From an uncultured Planctomycetaceae bacterium (lineage in GTDB: Bacteria; Planctomycetota; Planctomycetia; Pirellulales; Pirellulaceae): a stretch of 64,000 bases of DNA. The translations under genes and the position numbers were made by a program. Location: contig CAVWHV010000045.1 in NCBI GenBank assembly GCA_963754725.1, positions 26,117 through 90,116 of the forward strand. Direction: 5' to 3'. The notes below the pieces were generated by a model, which was not told the origin of the DNA, searched no databases, and saw nothing but the letters and a program-made list of their open reading frames with translations. Below are positions 39,840-51,135 of this stretch, piece by piece. The first letter of the stretch is position 1; each line of letters opens with the position of its first letter.

Positions 39840-42273
39840 CAACCCCACCACTTCGCCGCCGCTGCGCGTGAACAACGCTTTGAGCGTGTTCTGTCAATGG
39901 TCGCGGCAATGAACCGCACGGAGCCGTCGCACAGCGCGGCCAGGAACCCGCCGGGCCGCATGCCGACGAGACCCTGCAACGGATTGTCGGCGGGCGGCAC
40001 GAAATCGTCGGGCTTGGTCCAGATCACAGCCGCCGCATCGTTGGCCTCGACCGACCATGATCGTATTGGACGTGCCGTCCGTGATCTTGGCAAGCGACAG
40101 TCCCGCACGGCGGCTGCGGCGGTCGCTGTCGGTCTGCTGGCACGAACACTCCGTCTTTACCGGCGTTACCCAAATAGACCGTCTTCCCCGGCTCCGCGAT
40201 GCTGTTGGGCGACCGATAGACTTGCCGGCATGCGGGTCGATCAGTGTCTTGTTGTGCTCGCTGTCCCACGGTTCGTCCAGGTGGAACTGCTGGTAGAGCG
40301 CTTGCTGCTCGATGAACGGCAGGATGTGCACGCGCCAGCTCAGCAGCGGCTTGCCATCCTTGTCGACGCTGTAGGCGGGCGGAAACCCGCGGAACACGTC
40401 GTGGTAGTTGTGCATGGCCAAGCCCGATCTGCTTCAGGTTGTTCGTCGACTGCGAGCGACGTGCGGCTTCGCGGGCCGCCTGCACGGCGGGCAGCAGCAG
40501 CGCCACCAGCACCGGTGCGGAAGCGCCCACATTCATGCCGGGCAGCGTGCTGTGCGACACGAATTCGAAGCCATCTGCGGTTTTCTGCGCTGCGCCGATG
40601 GTGGGCAGCAAATGCGGAGCGATGGCTGACGTCGACGGCAGCGCAGCCGTATTGACATCAATGCCTTCCTTCTGCGAGTTGCTTGGCCACCATCTGCGCA
40701 CCGATCTGCAACCACGGATAGAACGTCAGGAACTGACCGCGCGTATCCTGATACGACAGGGCACACGGACCGTCCTGGTCGCCTGAGCAACTCGGCCACA
40801 GTCCGGCTGATCGGCCAGCGATTCCTTGGCCGCCGCCTGCGCGAGGTACGACTTGAGTGCCTGCGGAAGCAGCGTGACGACCAGGTGCGAGTCGGTCAGG
40901 CACCAGGACGGAGCGACGAAGAACTCGTCGATCCGGCACGTCCAGGGTGTAGGTCGTAAACTCGCCGCATTCGAACATCCGAATGCGCGGCGGCACGCTC
41001 CTGTTGGCCTGGGCCAACTGTGCCTGGACGAATCAGCAGCAGCTTCTGATGCGTGGCCGCCAGATCGCGTCTTGTCACGCACGTCCACGGCCACGGTCCA
41101 ACCCGTCAGCAATCCGCCGCCGCTGGGCGCCGAATGGACCGTCCAGACGTCCCCCAGTGACTGCAGCAGGTCCTTCTGCAACTCGACACCCAGGGCCTGT
41201 TCGATCTGAGACAATTGCGCCTCGACCTGATCGGCCGCTGCCGGCTCCATTTCACGCGTGATTTCCAATCCCTGCTGGACGACCTTCGCGAGGTCCAGCC
41301 GCAGGGCCAGTGCAAACGAGGCATCGCGAGGGATACCCGCGATGTCCTTCGCCGTGAGCGGCGCTTGCGCGAGGACTTTGAGCAGGCCGCGATCGGGCGC
41401 GGTGGTGAACACGCGCGTACGGCTCACGAACCCGGAATCATCCAGCCCGCTCCTACTCACCACGCGCGTGATCGCCGTGAGTCCCAGCGTATCGAGCGTG
41501 GCCTGCACCCGCGGTCCCCCCGCACCGCCGGCCAATTTCCAGATCGCTTCCAGATTGGCGTAGGCCAACGTGCTCGGCCGAGGGACCTGCACATCCGTCA
41601 GCGCCTGCGAGAGCCAGGCCGGAGGAGCCTGCGTGGCCCGCGCCAGGACCCCCTCGAAACTCTTGTCACCTACGGCCACAATCAGGTACTGTTCGTGAAA
41701 GCCGATCGTGATCGCGGGCGCCTTCGGCTCGGGCTGCAGGCGGACGCACGCGTGCCCAGCAATGTCGATTTCCTGTATTGCCTGCGCAGGAATCTGTTGG
41801 CGAATTGCCTTGAGAGCCTCTTCCACCTGGGGCCGGTCATCGCCCAGACTCACCACCAAGGCCCCTTGCACGTCGATACCACCCGGCATGGGATTCACAC
41901 TCTCGACGAAGAGTGCCGCCGCGTGTGTCAGCAGCGTTTTGGCCAGTCCGGGAATCTTCTGCGCCACAAGTTGCTCGCCCGGTCCACCACGCGACCCCAG
42001 TTTCTGAGCGGCCCGCTGGGCAATCGCCTGAAGCTCCTCCATGAACAACTTCACTTCCGGCTCGGCCAGCAACTGTTCGGCCTGGTTCGCACTGGCCGCA
42101 TCAGGCTTCGCCACGCCCACCCAACTCGAGTAATACAGGCACTCGGCGGGCGCGATGTTTGCCAACATTGGATCGGGCGCTTGCGGTGGCACGCCCAGTG
42201 GCACGCCCAGACCGCTTCCCATCAGCACAATCAGCAGCAACTCGGAAAGACCGATCATCGGAACCGTTGACAT
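39840..42273 (-). pseudogene. DUF3352-like N-terminal domain fused to a DUF1559-type C-terminal domain (~810 aa); the C-terminal 1.3 kb has at least six frameshifts
   Basis: ATG 42273 with AAGGAG upstream (MSTVPMIGLSELLLIVLMGSGLG). ORF 40726..42510 is protein-like down to about 41100. After that, fragments 40658..41017, 40024..40701, 39894..40421 and 39818..40108 chain. Sequences seen are [70 protein letters not shown], then NTLKALFTRSGGEVVGLDY and a stop at 39840. Confidence 0.6.
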
Positions 42274-42493
42274 CTGGAATCTCCTTGCTTGGTTCGACCG
42301 CTGGCAATACCGACACACTTGACTGGCGGGCTGAACCTCCGGCGACGGCACCCGCACGTGCGCTCGAGCATAGCAGAAGTGCGTCGATCCGTCGAACAAA
42401 TCCCGCACAGCTTCCCAAGTCCCGTGGTCAGCGACTAAGATGCGCGGACACACCGACTCGGTCCGTTTTTTCGCACGGGAAAGAGAGACGCCC

Positions 42494-43396
42494 ATGAAAA
42501 TTGCCATCACGGGAGCAACGGGATTTCTGGGTCGCTACCTGGTGCGACAGCTGGCCAGTGAAGGGCACCAGCTGCGGTGCTGGTATCGCCCCTCGAGTGA
42601 CCGGTCGGGCCTGGAGGATGTGGCGGCGTGCATCGAGTGGACCCCGGGCGCCTTGGACGCCCCCAACAGCTGCATTCCGCTGATCGACGGCTGTGACGCC
42701 GTCGTCCATGCGGCCCTGTGGCGGCCCGGCCCGCTGTTTCAGGGCGCGGAAGGCGATATCGTCAAGTTCGCCGACATCAATGTCGTGGGCACACTGCGTC
42801 TGATCGACGCGGCCGTAACGCATCGTTTGCAGCGCTTCGTGTTCATTTCCACATGCGCCGTGCACGACAGGATTCTGGACGACCGCCCCTTGGATGAACG
42901 ACACCCGCTGTGGCCTGCCAGCCACTACGGCGCTCACAAGGCCGCGCTCGAGAAGTTTGTGCACAGCTATGGATTCGGACACGGTTTCCCGATCTGCGCA
43001 CTGCGTCCGACGGGGATTTACGGCGCGGCCCATCCCGGGGAAGACAGCAAGTGGTATGAACTGATCCGAGACATTGCGCGGTCGGAGCCCGTTCGCTGCC
43101 GGCGCGGTGGCAAGGAGGTCCATGCCGCGGACGTCGCGAAAGCCGTGAGCGTTCTGTTGACGAACGACTCCATTGCGGGAGAGGCCTACAATTGCTGCGA
43201 CCGCTATGTCTCCGAATATGACGTGGCCACCATCGCCAAACGACTTTCAGGCAGTCGCAGTGAAATTGATGGCCACGCCATGGCACCCAAACACCACATC
43301 GACACGCACAAGATTCGCGCCTTGGGCATGGAGTTCGGCGGAACGCCGCTTCTCGAAAGAACGGTTGCCGATTTGCTGGCTCATGCCGCGCCGTAG
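42494..43396 (+). CDS. NAD-dependent epimerase/dehydratase family protein (SDR)
   Basis: MKIAITGATGFLGRYLV (the GxxGxxG motif), the catalytic YGAHK, and 300 aa from ATG 42494. Confidence 0.85.
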   Translation: MKIAITGATGFLGRYLVRQLASEGHQLRCWYRPSSDRSGLEDVAACIEWTPGALDAPNSCIPLIDGCDAVVHAALWRPGPLFQGAEGDIVKFADINVVGTLRLIDAAVTHRLQRFVFISTCAVHDRILDDRPLDERHPLWPASHYGAHKAALEKFVHSYGFGHGFPICALRPTGIYGAAHPGEDSKWYELIRDIARSEPVRCRRGGKEVHAADVAKAVSVLLTNDSIAGEAYNCCDRYVSEYDVATIAKRLSGSRSEIDGHAMAPKHHIDTHKIRALGMEFGGTPLLERTVADLLAHAAP

Positions 43397-43410
43397 CCAT
43401 GTGGAAGATT

Positions 43411-43567
43411 TCCTGGGGCGTTGCCCCAGGCTGCGGTGATGATGGCCTTCGGCCAACTGCGGGATGTAACCGCTTCACGGTGAAGAGCTGGCCAGTCCAT
43501 GCGAACTGGCCCGTCAAGGGAACAGATTTCGCAACGACAACCGGCTCAGACCTGTCTGGCTTTCACC
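43411..43567. repeat. S(+) R(-) repeat unit filling the convergent intergenic spacer
   Basis: The S hairpin unit is at 43411..43457 and R copy R4 at 43460..43567. The TGA stop of the gene at 43563 lies inside the terminal GGTGAAAG motif of the repeat. Confidence 0.8.
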
Positions 43568-44603
43568 TTCCCACTTTGTGCGGTCGCAGCCCGTCGATCA
43601 GTTCCCGGATGGCCGCGTGGTTCGCCGGAGTCTGACGGATCAGCACCTGGACGCCCAGAGGAAACATCGCCCCCCTGTCTGCTCCATTGCCCCAGGTCTC
43701 CGACGCCACGACGCTGCGAATCGCGGTCATCAGCTGTTCCGCGTCGAAGTCGGGTACGGCATAGACCTTGAGGATCATCGCCCCGCCCTCGGAGGGCAGG
43801 AAACTCCGCGTTGCCGCGGCAGCGACCGGCCCGGGAACGTCGAGCGGGAGACTCAACGGACTGTCAGGCACGGCCGTTCGGGGCAGCACGGTCGGCGAGG
43901 TTGGTGGCACGAGAGGAGCACCCAGCGGAAGCTGGATGGTTGGCGTGAGCGGCTGTGGCACACCGGCAACCGCGGGAGCCGCATGTCGTGCGCGACGAGC
44001 CGTCTGCAGCAAGTTGTTCACCCGCTCGTGCACCGCTTCGGTTTGCGAGATCACCAGTAGTCCCCACGGCTCGATCGGTGAAATGCAACCGGCGCCCCCC
44101 ACGTGATCCCAAGTGTCCGGCATCACCGTGGACTCGATCATATCCGACAAACTGCTCAGAGCCCGACCCGGCATGCGGGAGTCCAGCGGTTCGGAAGTTG
44201 GCACAAGGAAATCACCGACCGGGTAGACGAACATCGGCAGCTCCCGCTGCGAGGTCTCCGGTGTGGTGATGATCAGCACCTCATCACGCACCACGTACGT
44301 CAGCTCCAGTTCCTTCAACAGGAGATTCAGAGCTGAACGCACGGAGATGCCATGAATGGACGTGGTTACCGGCGTGTCACTACCCATGCCCACGTCGTCG
44401 AGTGCACGTTTGTCCAGAATGACCGGAATCTGATGGGTGTCCCGCAAGTAGCTGGCGACCTCACTGAGTGGAGTCTCCAGGAATTCGACGGTCGCCATCG
44501 AATTGAGGGCCTGCTCGATCCTGGCGTGCGCACCGAGTTCTGCGTCCGACGCAACGGGAATCGGCTGCCAGTCAGCTTGTGGTTCCTTCGCACCCGCGGT
44601 CAA
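43563..44603 (-). CDS. Secretin-N/STN-like module protein, paralog B (no signal peptide, TTG start in the track)
   Basis: Contains TVEFLETPLSEVASYLRDTHQIPVILDKRALDDVGMGSDTPVTTSIHGISVRSALNLLL, VYPVGDF and TWDHVGGAGCISP. The module is near-identical to the upstream gene. It may be the continuation of that gene. Confidence 0.6.
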   Translation of the reverse strand: MTAGAKEPQADWQPIPVASDAELGAHARIEQALNSMATVEFLETPLSEVASYLRDTHQIPVILDKRALDDVGMGSDTPVTTSIHGISVRSALNLLLKELELTYVVRDEVLIITTPETSQRELPMFVYPVGDFLVPTSEPLDSRMPGRALSSLSDMIESTVMPDTWDHVGGAGCISPIEPWGLLVISQTEAVHERVNNLLQTARRARHAAPAVAGVPQPLTPTIQLPLGAPLVPPTSPTVLPRTAVPDSPLSLPLDVPGPVAAAATRSFLPSEGGAMILKVYAVPDFDAEQLMTAIRSVVASETWGNGADRGAMFPLGVQVLIRQTPANHAAIRELIDGLRPHKVGR

Positions 44604-45417
44604 TCGTCGAGTCTGGCGGACGGCGGCTCAGCAGGCAGGCCAGTGCCTCGTGATTCTCGCGCGTCTGGGACACCGTCAGGATTCCCCACGGATCAAACGA
44701 CCAAAACTTGGCCGCTCCCCCCACTTCGTCCCAGGAATTCGGCGCAACGTTGCTGGAAACTACGCGTTGAATCGTCCTGAAATCACTTTCCGGTTCGCCG
44801 ACCACCAGCGACGGTCGGGGAGCAACCGCCAGATCCGCCACTGGATATACGCGAACCTCCATTTGGTTCTCGGCTTCGTCCGGCGTCGTGATCTTGAGCA
44901 CTTGATTGCACACGACATAGGTGAGGTCCAGCTCGTGCAACATGTGTTTCAAGACCGACCGCAGTGAGATGCCGCCAATCGACATCGTCACCGGCGTGTC
45001 GCTGCCCATGCCGACGGTGTCGAGTGCGCGTCTGTCGATGATGATGGGGATCTGATGCGTCTCCTGCAAGTAACTGGCAACCTCACTCAGCGGCGTCTGG
45101 TTGAACTCGACCTCCGCGGTGGCATTCAGAACCTGCGCGATTTTCTCGTGAGCCACCGCATCCTCCCGGCTGTTCACTCGGAGCGACTCCGACGTGGGAG
45201 CCTCGGTGGCGGGCACCTGAGAAGCCTCGGCGGCGGGTGACGCGAGCGTTGGCGGAGCCAGCGGCGAAGCTGCCGGGACGCTGGCCGCCGGCGAGACGAC
45301 CTCCTGCGGCGCCGCCGCGGGAGTGGTTTGCGGGGGTTGGGCCGTCGCACTGCCAACGGCCAGCAGCCCTATTGCTGCACACCAAACGACGATCAGCAAA
45401 CGCGAGATTCGGGTCAT
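44572..45417 (-). CDS. Secretin-N/STN-like module protein, paralog A (secreted)
   Basis: ATG 45417 with GGAGAAGG upstream. It has signal peptide MTRISRLLIVVWCAAIGLLAVGSATA and a Pro/Ala linker. The module reads EVEFNQTPLSEVASYLQETHQIPIIIDRRALDTVGMGSDTPVTMSIGGISLRSVLKHML, VYPVADL and SWDEVGGAAKFW. Confidence 0.65.
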   Translation of the reverse strand: MTRISRLLIVVWCAAIGLLAVGSATAQPPQTTPAAAPQEVVSPAASVPAASPLAPPTLASPAAEASQVPATEAPTSESLRVNSREDAVAHEKIAQVLNATAEVEFNQTPLSEVASYLQETHQIPIIIDRRALDTVGMGSDTPVTMSIGGISLRSVLKHMLHELDLTYVVCNQVLKITTPDEAENQMEVRVYPVADLAVAPRPSLVVGEPESDFRTIQRVVSSNVAPNSWDEVGGAAKFWSFDPWGILTVSQTRENHEALACLLSRRPPDSTIDRGCEGTTS

Positions 45418-45656
45418 GATACCTTCTCCTGTTCCTCGAGGTGGTATGCCCGTGTTCGGAGAAATCCCTGCAGCGACTGGCTGACACACATTGTATCCGG
45501 TGACGCCACAGAAATGCAAAGTCCTGTGCCGAGAACGGACGGTTGATGAGCGAGCAACCGAAGACTGGCCAGCACGCAACCGCAGGTTGCGTGGTGGGCC
45601 TTCCCCGGTTCGGTCCTCCCCAATTCGCAAATCGCTGTCAGGAGGGACTGCGGCAG

Positions 45657-46157
45657 TCAATGCGGGCGAGGCTGGCGCCGACAGGAGGGACAGAGCATGA
45701 CGTAGTGCGCGATGCCGGAGGACTGACTGAGACGCAACTGCATGACCGTCCCACACCGCGGACAGTACTCCGGATCCGCCTCGTCCGGAACGCGGTCCTG
45801 CGTCTGTTGGCAGGAGGCGCACAGTTTCGTGTCCGGGAAGATCTCGAGGCGTTCCGCGGGGATCTTGGCCCGGCACCGTTCACAGCACCGAGACTCTCCC
45901 CAATCCTCGCCGTCATCCTCGCCTTGTGGTTTCAGGACCACGGCCGCCGATCCGCAATTCCCGCATGCGTGAGCGGCAGCTCGGGATCGAAATAGCTCGC
46001 GCACCAATTCCCAATCGGGCTCTTTGTCACGTTTGAGCATGCCGGCACCCCGCAGTCGCTCGAGCATCTGCAGTGGACCGACGACCTCCCGCTGACCACA
46101 CGCGGAACAAGTCAACTCAAGATAAGCGTCACCCGGCATGAATTCGGCACTCGTCAT
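45657..46157 (-). CDS. Multi-zinc-ribbon protein with a TraR/DksA-type C4 finger
   Basis: Has four CxxC pairs. CERC-17 aa-CASC matches the TraR/DksA C4 spacing. The others are CSAC, CGNC and CPRC...CPSC. Confidence 0.65.
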   Translation of the reverse strand: MTSAEFMPGDAYLELTCSACGQREVVGPLQMLERLRGAGMLKRDKEPDWELVRELFRSRAAAHACGNCGSAAVVLKPQGEDDGEDWGESRCCERCRAKIPAERLEIFPDTKLCASCQQTQDRVPDEADPEYCPRCGTVMQLRLSQSSGIAHYVMLCPSCRRQPRPH

Positions 46158-46240
46158 CACAGATCCAAATCAGGACTGTCCAGTCGTAACGACTAACATA
46201 CCGGATCAGGCCGCGTTTACCAATCAGGCAAGGCCTGGGA

Positions 46241-46367
46241 GAAATGACGAATGACGAATAACGAAGCCCGAAAGGAGGGTATGTCGTGGTACGGTGAGTG
46301 CCCGGCCCAGAGGCATCGCCGCCCGCCTGCATCGTCTTTCCCTCGAGCTTCGTCATTCGTCATTCGG
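46241..46367. repeat. Inverted pair of GAATGAC heptamer arrays (~80-nt spacer)
   Basis: gaaatgacgaatgacgaataacgaagc (46241..46267) pairs with gcttcgtcattcgtcattcgg (46347..46367). The right arm contains the TGA stop (46360..46362) of the CRTAC1-like gene. Confidence 0.85.
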
Positions 46368-48229
46368 ATTTTTCCCCGGCTTCCTCGATCACGTGCAGGC
46401 GATCGATTTCGGGATGCTCCAGCGTCTGAGTTCCGCCGCCCGGCCAGTGGATGACTACCTTCTCCACCTTCTTGGTGAACCCCAGCCCGAAGGTCACGGA
46501 CAGTTCGGACTGCGAGAGATAACCGCGGGTGGGCCTCACGTCGCGCGACAGCACGCGGTCCCCGGCGTACACGTCGACACGCACGCGAGGGCACTCCGAT
46601 TGCACTGCACGCCTCGGAGTTGAAACCGGACCCAGTGGTTCCCCAAATGCTGATCGTTGCGGAGCAGTCGCGGCGCATCGACCGCTGGCGGTGATCAGCA
46701 CATCCAGATCGCCGTCGCCATCCAGGTCGGCGAAGGCCGATCCACGGCCCACCATCGGCCGGACCAGATCCGGTCCGCACTTGTCGACCGGCACCTCCAC
46801 GAACTCGCAATCACGTTCAGCGCCGCCGTTCCAGAACAGGTGCGGCGGCTGTTCGTAGGACTGGCTCTCCTGCACCCGGTGGATCTCCTCTTCCAGGTGC
46901 CCGTTGGCCGACAGCAGGTCGAGACGACCGTCGAGGTCGTAGTCGAAAAAGAAGACGCCGAACGTCAGTTCCAAGACGCGTGGGTGGTCCCAAGTCCGGT
47001 GGCGATCGCCGCGTCGAAGAATTGCAGCGGACTGGTTCATCGAAACATAGAGGGCCGTCATCTCGTTGGCGAAGTTGCCGATCACGATGCCGATCGTCTC
47101 ATCATTGCGGAAGCGGGCCGCGTCGATGCCCATCGCGCCGCGGGCCTGCCCCATGTTGTCGAAGGCGACTCCCGCCGCGGCGCCGACTTCTTCGAAACGT
47201 CGTGCCTTGCTCGTTGTGGAACACAAAGTTCTGCACCGTGTCGTTGGCCACCACGACGTCGATCCAGCCGTCCTCGATCCAGGTCGACGGGGACCACGCC
47301 CAGCGACTTGGCCATCGGCACGTCGGTCGCCGGATTCGTCACCTGCACGCCCATCTCCTGCGAGACATCGGTGAAGCGGCCCTCTCCGTCGTTGCGATAG
47401 ACGTAGGGAAACGCACCTTCGAAGGCCAACGGCGGCCCGTAGGCGCGGTGGGTCCCGTCCAGCGAGAAGTCCTGCGACCATGTCGATCTCGCGCGACCAG
47501 CGAATGTAGTTGCAGACGAACAGGTCGAGCCGCCCGTCGTTGTTGTAGTCGAGCCAACGCGCAGCCGCTGCTCCACTGATCGTCGGCTCCGGCCACTCCG
47601 GCCTGCTCGGTCACGTCGACGAACCGTGCCTCCGTCGTTGCGAAACAGCCGATTCGGCCCGACCGTCGACACGAACAGGTCCGGATCGTGGTCGTTGTCG
47701 TAGTCGCCGACCGCGGCGCCCATGCCGTAGCACGAGACACGCCGAGTCCCGCCTCCTGGGTCACGTCGGTGAACTTCCAGTCGCCGTCGTTGCGGTAGAG
47801 CGCCAGCGTGGCGGGCGACGCTCGGCGCAGGGCGCGTGTCCCACGGCCAGCGCGAGGAATTCACCAGCAGCATGTCGACATCGCCATCGTTGTCGTAGTC
47901 AAACAGCGCGCAGCCGCCGCCCATCGTTTCGGGCAGCAGTTTGTCGCCGGACGCGCCGTTCTCGTGCACGAACGTGATCCCGGCTGCCTGGGTCACGTCG
48001 GTAAACGGGGCCCGCGGCACTTGCTCGCACGGGTGCCGACCGCACGGCGGGCAGCGCCAGTTCCGTCTGTTTGATCTCCGCACGTCCCTTGCGGCAGATT
48101 CAGCCGAATCACGGCCGCCACGACGAGCGCCGCCAGCACGCCGATGACGACCAGGGAACTGCGAAAGGCCCGGCGGTCTGCGGCAGTTCCCGGCGGGAGA
48201 CATAGGGCTGTCTGCGCGGTCCTTGTCAT
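46360..48229 (-). pseudogene. CRTAC1-family protein (FG-GAP repeats plus ASPIC/UnbV domain), many frameshifts
   Basis: ATG 48229 with a TM anchor (SSLVVIGVLAALVVAAVI). FG-GAP motifs are LFDYDNDGDVDMLLVNS, VGDYDNDHDPDLFV and FADLDGDGDLDVLITA. The ASPIC/UnbV end is GYLSQSELSVTFGLGFTKKVEKVVIHWPGGGTQ. These are spread over fragments 47082..48458, 47339..47764 and 46360..47481, among others. Confidence 0.7.
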
Positions 48230-48298
48230 GGCGCACCTCCCGATCGGCGACGGCGTGGCGTGGGTACCTTGCTTGAGCCTTCGGTCCGCGTCCGGTCC

Positions 48299-51135
48299 TC
48301 AGCTGGTGAGCGGATAGATGACGAGTGCTTCGGCCGCGTGATTGGCCGCCGGATAGCGCTGGCGCGCCAACGACGATGGCTCGATCGCGCGCATTGTCGT
48401 CGCCTTTGTAGCGCTGGTGCAGCTGGCGATGTTCGGTCGGCCTTGGCCGGCTCCCCAAGCTGCGCGTAGATCAGCGGCCAGATTGTGATGTGCCGTGACA
48501 TCTTCGGAATCCAACGTCAGCGTCTTTTCGAATTGGGCCGCCGCCTGCTGCAGCAGCGACTCACGTTCGGCCTTCCGCCGTTCTCCCAGCGTCTGCTGGG
48601 CCCGCGTGAACAGCGTCAATCCCAGTTCGTTGATCACGACGTAGTCGCGGCTGAAATCGAAGCCACGTTCGGAGGTCATCCGGCGACTTGTCCTCCAGCA
48701 CGCTGCGCAGGTCCCGCTCGGCTTCGGCCAGGTGTCCCTGCTCGCGATTCACCAGGCCGCTCAGCCAGGCCAGCGTCCAGGGCGGAGCGGCGGGGTCTTG
48801 GCAGGCCGCCGCGCGCCGCAAGGCGCCCGACCGCCTCGTCCAACCGTCCCTCGCGGTAGTAGACGCGCGCCAGGTTCAGCGGTCCGTCGAAGCGATTGAG
48901 CTTCTCCACGGCGGCGAACGCTTCGGCCGCCTGCCGCAACTCCGCCTTGCCCTTGAGCAGCATGCCGATGCCGTAGTCGTTCCAACGCTGCCAGGGCGGA
49001 ATGTCGCGCGGCGGCGTTGGTCACGGCCACGTCGACTCCCTCGACCGGAAACACCATCTCGTCCCGCGCAGAACGGTCACCGGCAGTTCGTTGCGTAGGG
49101 CTGGCCGGGCTCGGCGTTGCGCAGCGGCCGCAGGTTCTTCTGCTTGTGGATCTTGCCCACGATTTCCATGTACTCCTTGTCGAACTTGCGGTACTTCAGC
49201 GCCAGTTCGACCTTGACCGGCGCGGTCACGTCGGTCGGCACTTGCAATCGGTAGTGGACCGTCTGCCCGGACCCGGGTGGAATCTGGTGATCGTACAGCG
49301 GCACGAAAATGTCCTGGGCATTGCGGCGGTTAATGCGGTTCCCCTCGCGATCCACCACGAAATTGTTCACGAAATGAGCCCAGCGATCGACTTCCTGCGC
49401 TCGGTCCAGAGCGCCGCTGCTGCCCAGCACGCGATCGCCGCTGGTGACTTTCACTTCCAGCCAGACTTCGTTCGAGTCCACGGTCCCCTGCGTGAACAGA
49501 TGCCCCACCTTGAGCGTGCGGATGACGGTCTCCAGCAAGTAGGTCTGGCCGGGCTGCAGCGCCGGCACGTCCGGACGCAGCGGGGCGTGCAAGCTGCCCT
49601 CGATCGTCCCTCCTTCCCGGATGCCGAAGATGTCGACCCGCATGCACTGCTGCAGGAACTCCTGATGGGCTGTGATCGCGTCGTCGAAGCCGTAGAACCA
49701 CGGCACGCCGGTGTTCGCACCCACAAACAGGTGATTGTGCACGGACGGCTGTTCCGCACCGGCGAACATCTTGGCGCCGAAATCGTCGGACGCCTGCAGC
49801 GGCATGTGGCAGCCGTTGCAGTTCGGCTCGGCCTTCTCCGGGATAGTAGAAACTGCGCGCTCCGACGCCCGACACACCGCTCAGCAGGTAGTTGTCGTAG
49901 TGGTTCTGGCCGCGCAGGAAGTCCTTGTAGTGCGTGACCTCCTTCGGCAAGTGCACCTTGTGGCAGGCCGAACAGAACTCGGCCGTCTTGTGGAACGGCT
50001 TGAGAAAGGTCTGCTTGTGGAACGACGGCTTGGCTTTCACCAGCGTGTTGTTGATGAACTGCAGCACCGGGTTCTCGCTGTAGGCAAACGGATAGTGCAG
50101 CGGCTCTTCCATCACGTAGTCCCCGTTGCCGCGCGTGCTGTTGACGTGCGTGATCGCGTGACAGGCCGTGCAGGTGATGCCCGGCCTGACTCGTCGGGTC
50201 GTTCACCAGGTCATAGTCCGGATCGTCGAACTGGCCACTCAGGAACGGCACCGGATCGTGGCAACCGGCACACCAGCGCGACGCTTGCACGTGCCCGTCG
50301 CGCTTCAGCAGCACGTCGCGCGTCTCCACGATCGTGGCCAGATAGGCCGGGTTGTTGAACGAACTCAGACGATGCTGACTCTGCTGAAATGCCTGGTGCA
50401 CATCGGCGTGGCATTTCTTGCAGTAGTCATCCATCATCAGCGTGCGGGCGGAGATGAGATTGCCGTTCTGGTCCGCGTCAGCGACGGCTGAAAGTACTTC
50501 TCGCCTTCCCTGCGGCGCCTGCGCGTACCAGTCGCGCGGATCCTGGGCCTGCAGGTACACCATCACCAGGACCAGGGCGCCGACCGCCACCGCGTAGCCG
50601 ATGCCGATCCGCCACTTGATCCGCCGTCCGGCCAGGCGATGCAGCCAGTACAGCCAGATCACGAACAGCGGACAGATCACGTGCAGCCAGTACACGACGG
50701 CGCGCGTCGTCGGAGCCTTCAGTTCGAAGAACCCCACGACGCGAACCAGCAGCAAGCCGGTCACGAGAATCACCAAGCGCGACGAAGAACAGGGCGTAAC
50801 CCAGCCGCACGGCCCGCCGATTGCGACGATGCCGAGCCACCAGCAGGTGCGAAATGCCGAACACGAGGAACGGCAGAATCAGCAGCAACCCCAACAGCGA
50901 TGTGGAGCAGGAACATGATCAGGTAGAAACCGTTCTGATACGTCAGACCGTCTCCCCACCGGCGACTGACCCACTCCATGCAGGTCACGGCCGCCAGATA
51001 GACCGAGTTGGCCCCCAACACGGCGGCAATCGCCAGCACGATATGGAACACGATCTTCAGCCGCGGCCCCAAGACACGACGATGGGCTTTCGGCAGCGTC
51101 GTTGCCGTAACTGAGCTATTCTGACGACCCCACAT
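48299..51135 (-). pseudogene. Membrane-anchored multiheme (5x CxxCH) cytochrome c fused to C-terminal TPR repeats, at least eight frameshifts
   Basis: ATG 51135 (MWGRQNSS...), followed by 4-5 TM helices in fragments 50770..51438, 50478..50894 and 49451..50776. Heme motifs are CKKCH, CAGCH, CTACH (only visible after a frame switch near 50140), CSACH and CNGCH. The TPR tail lies in fragments 48676..48963, 48561..48821 and 48299..48679, ending ARQRYPAANHAAEALVIYPLTS. Confidence 0.7.
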
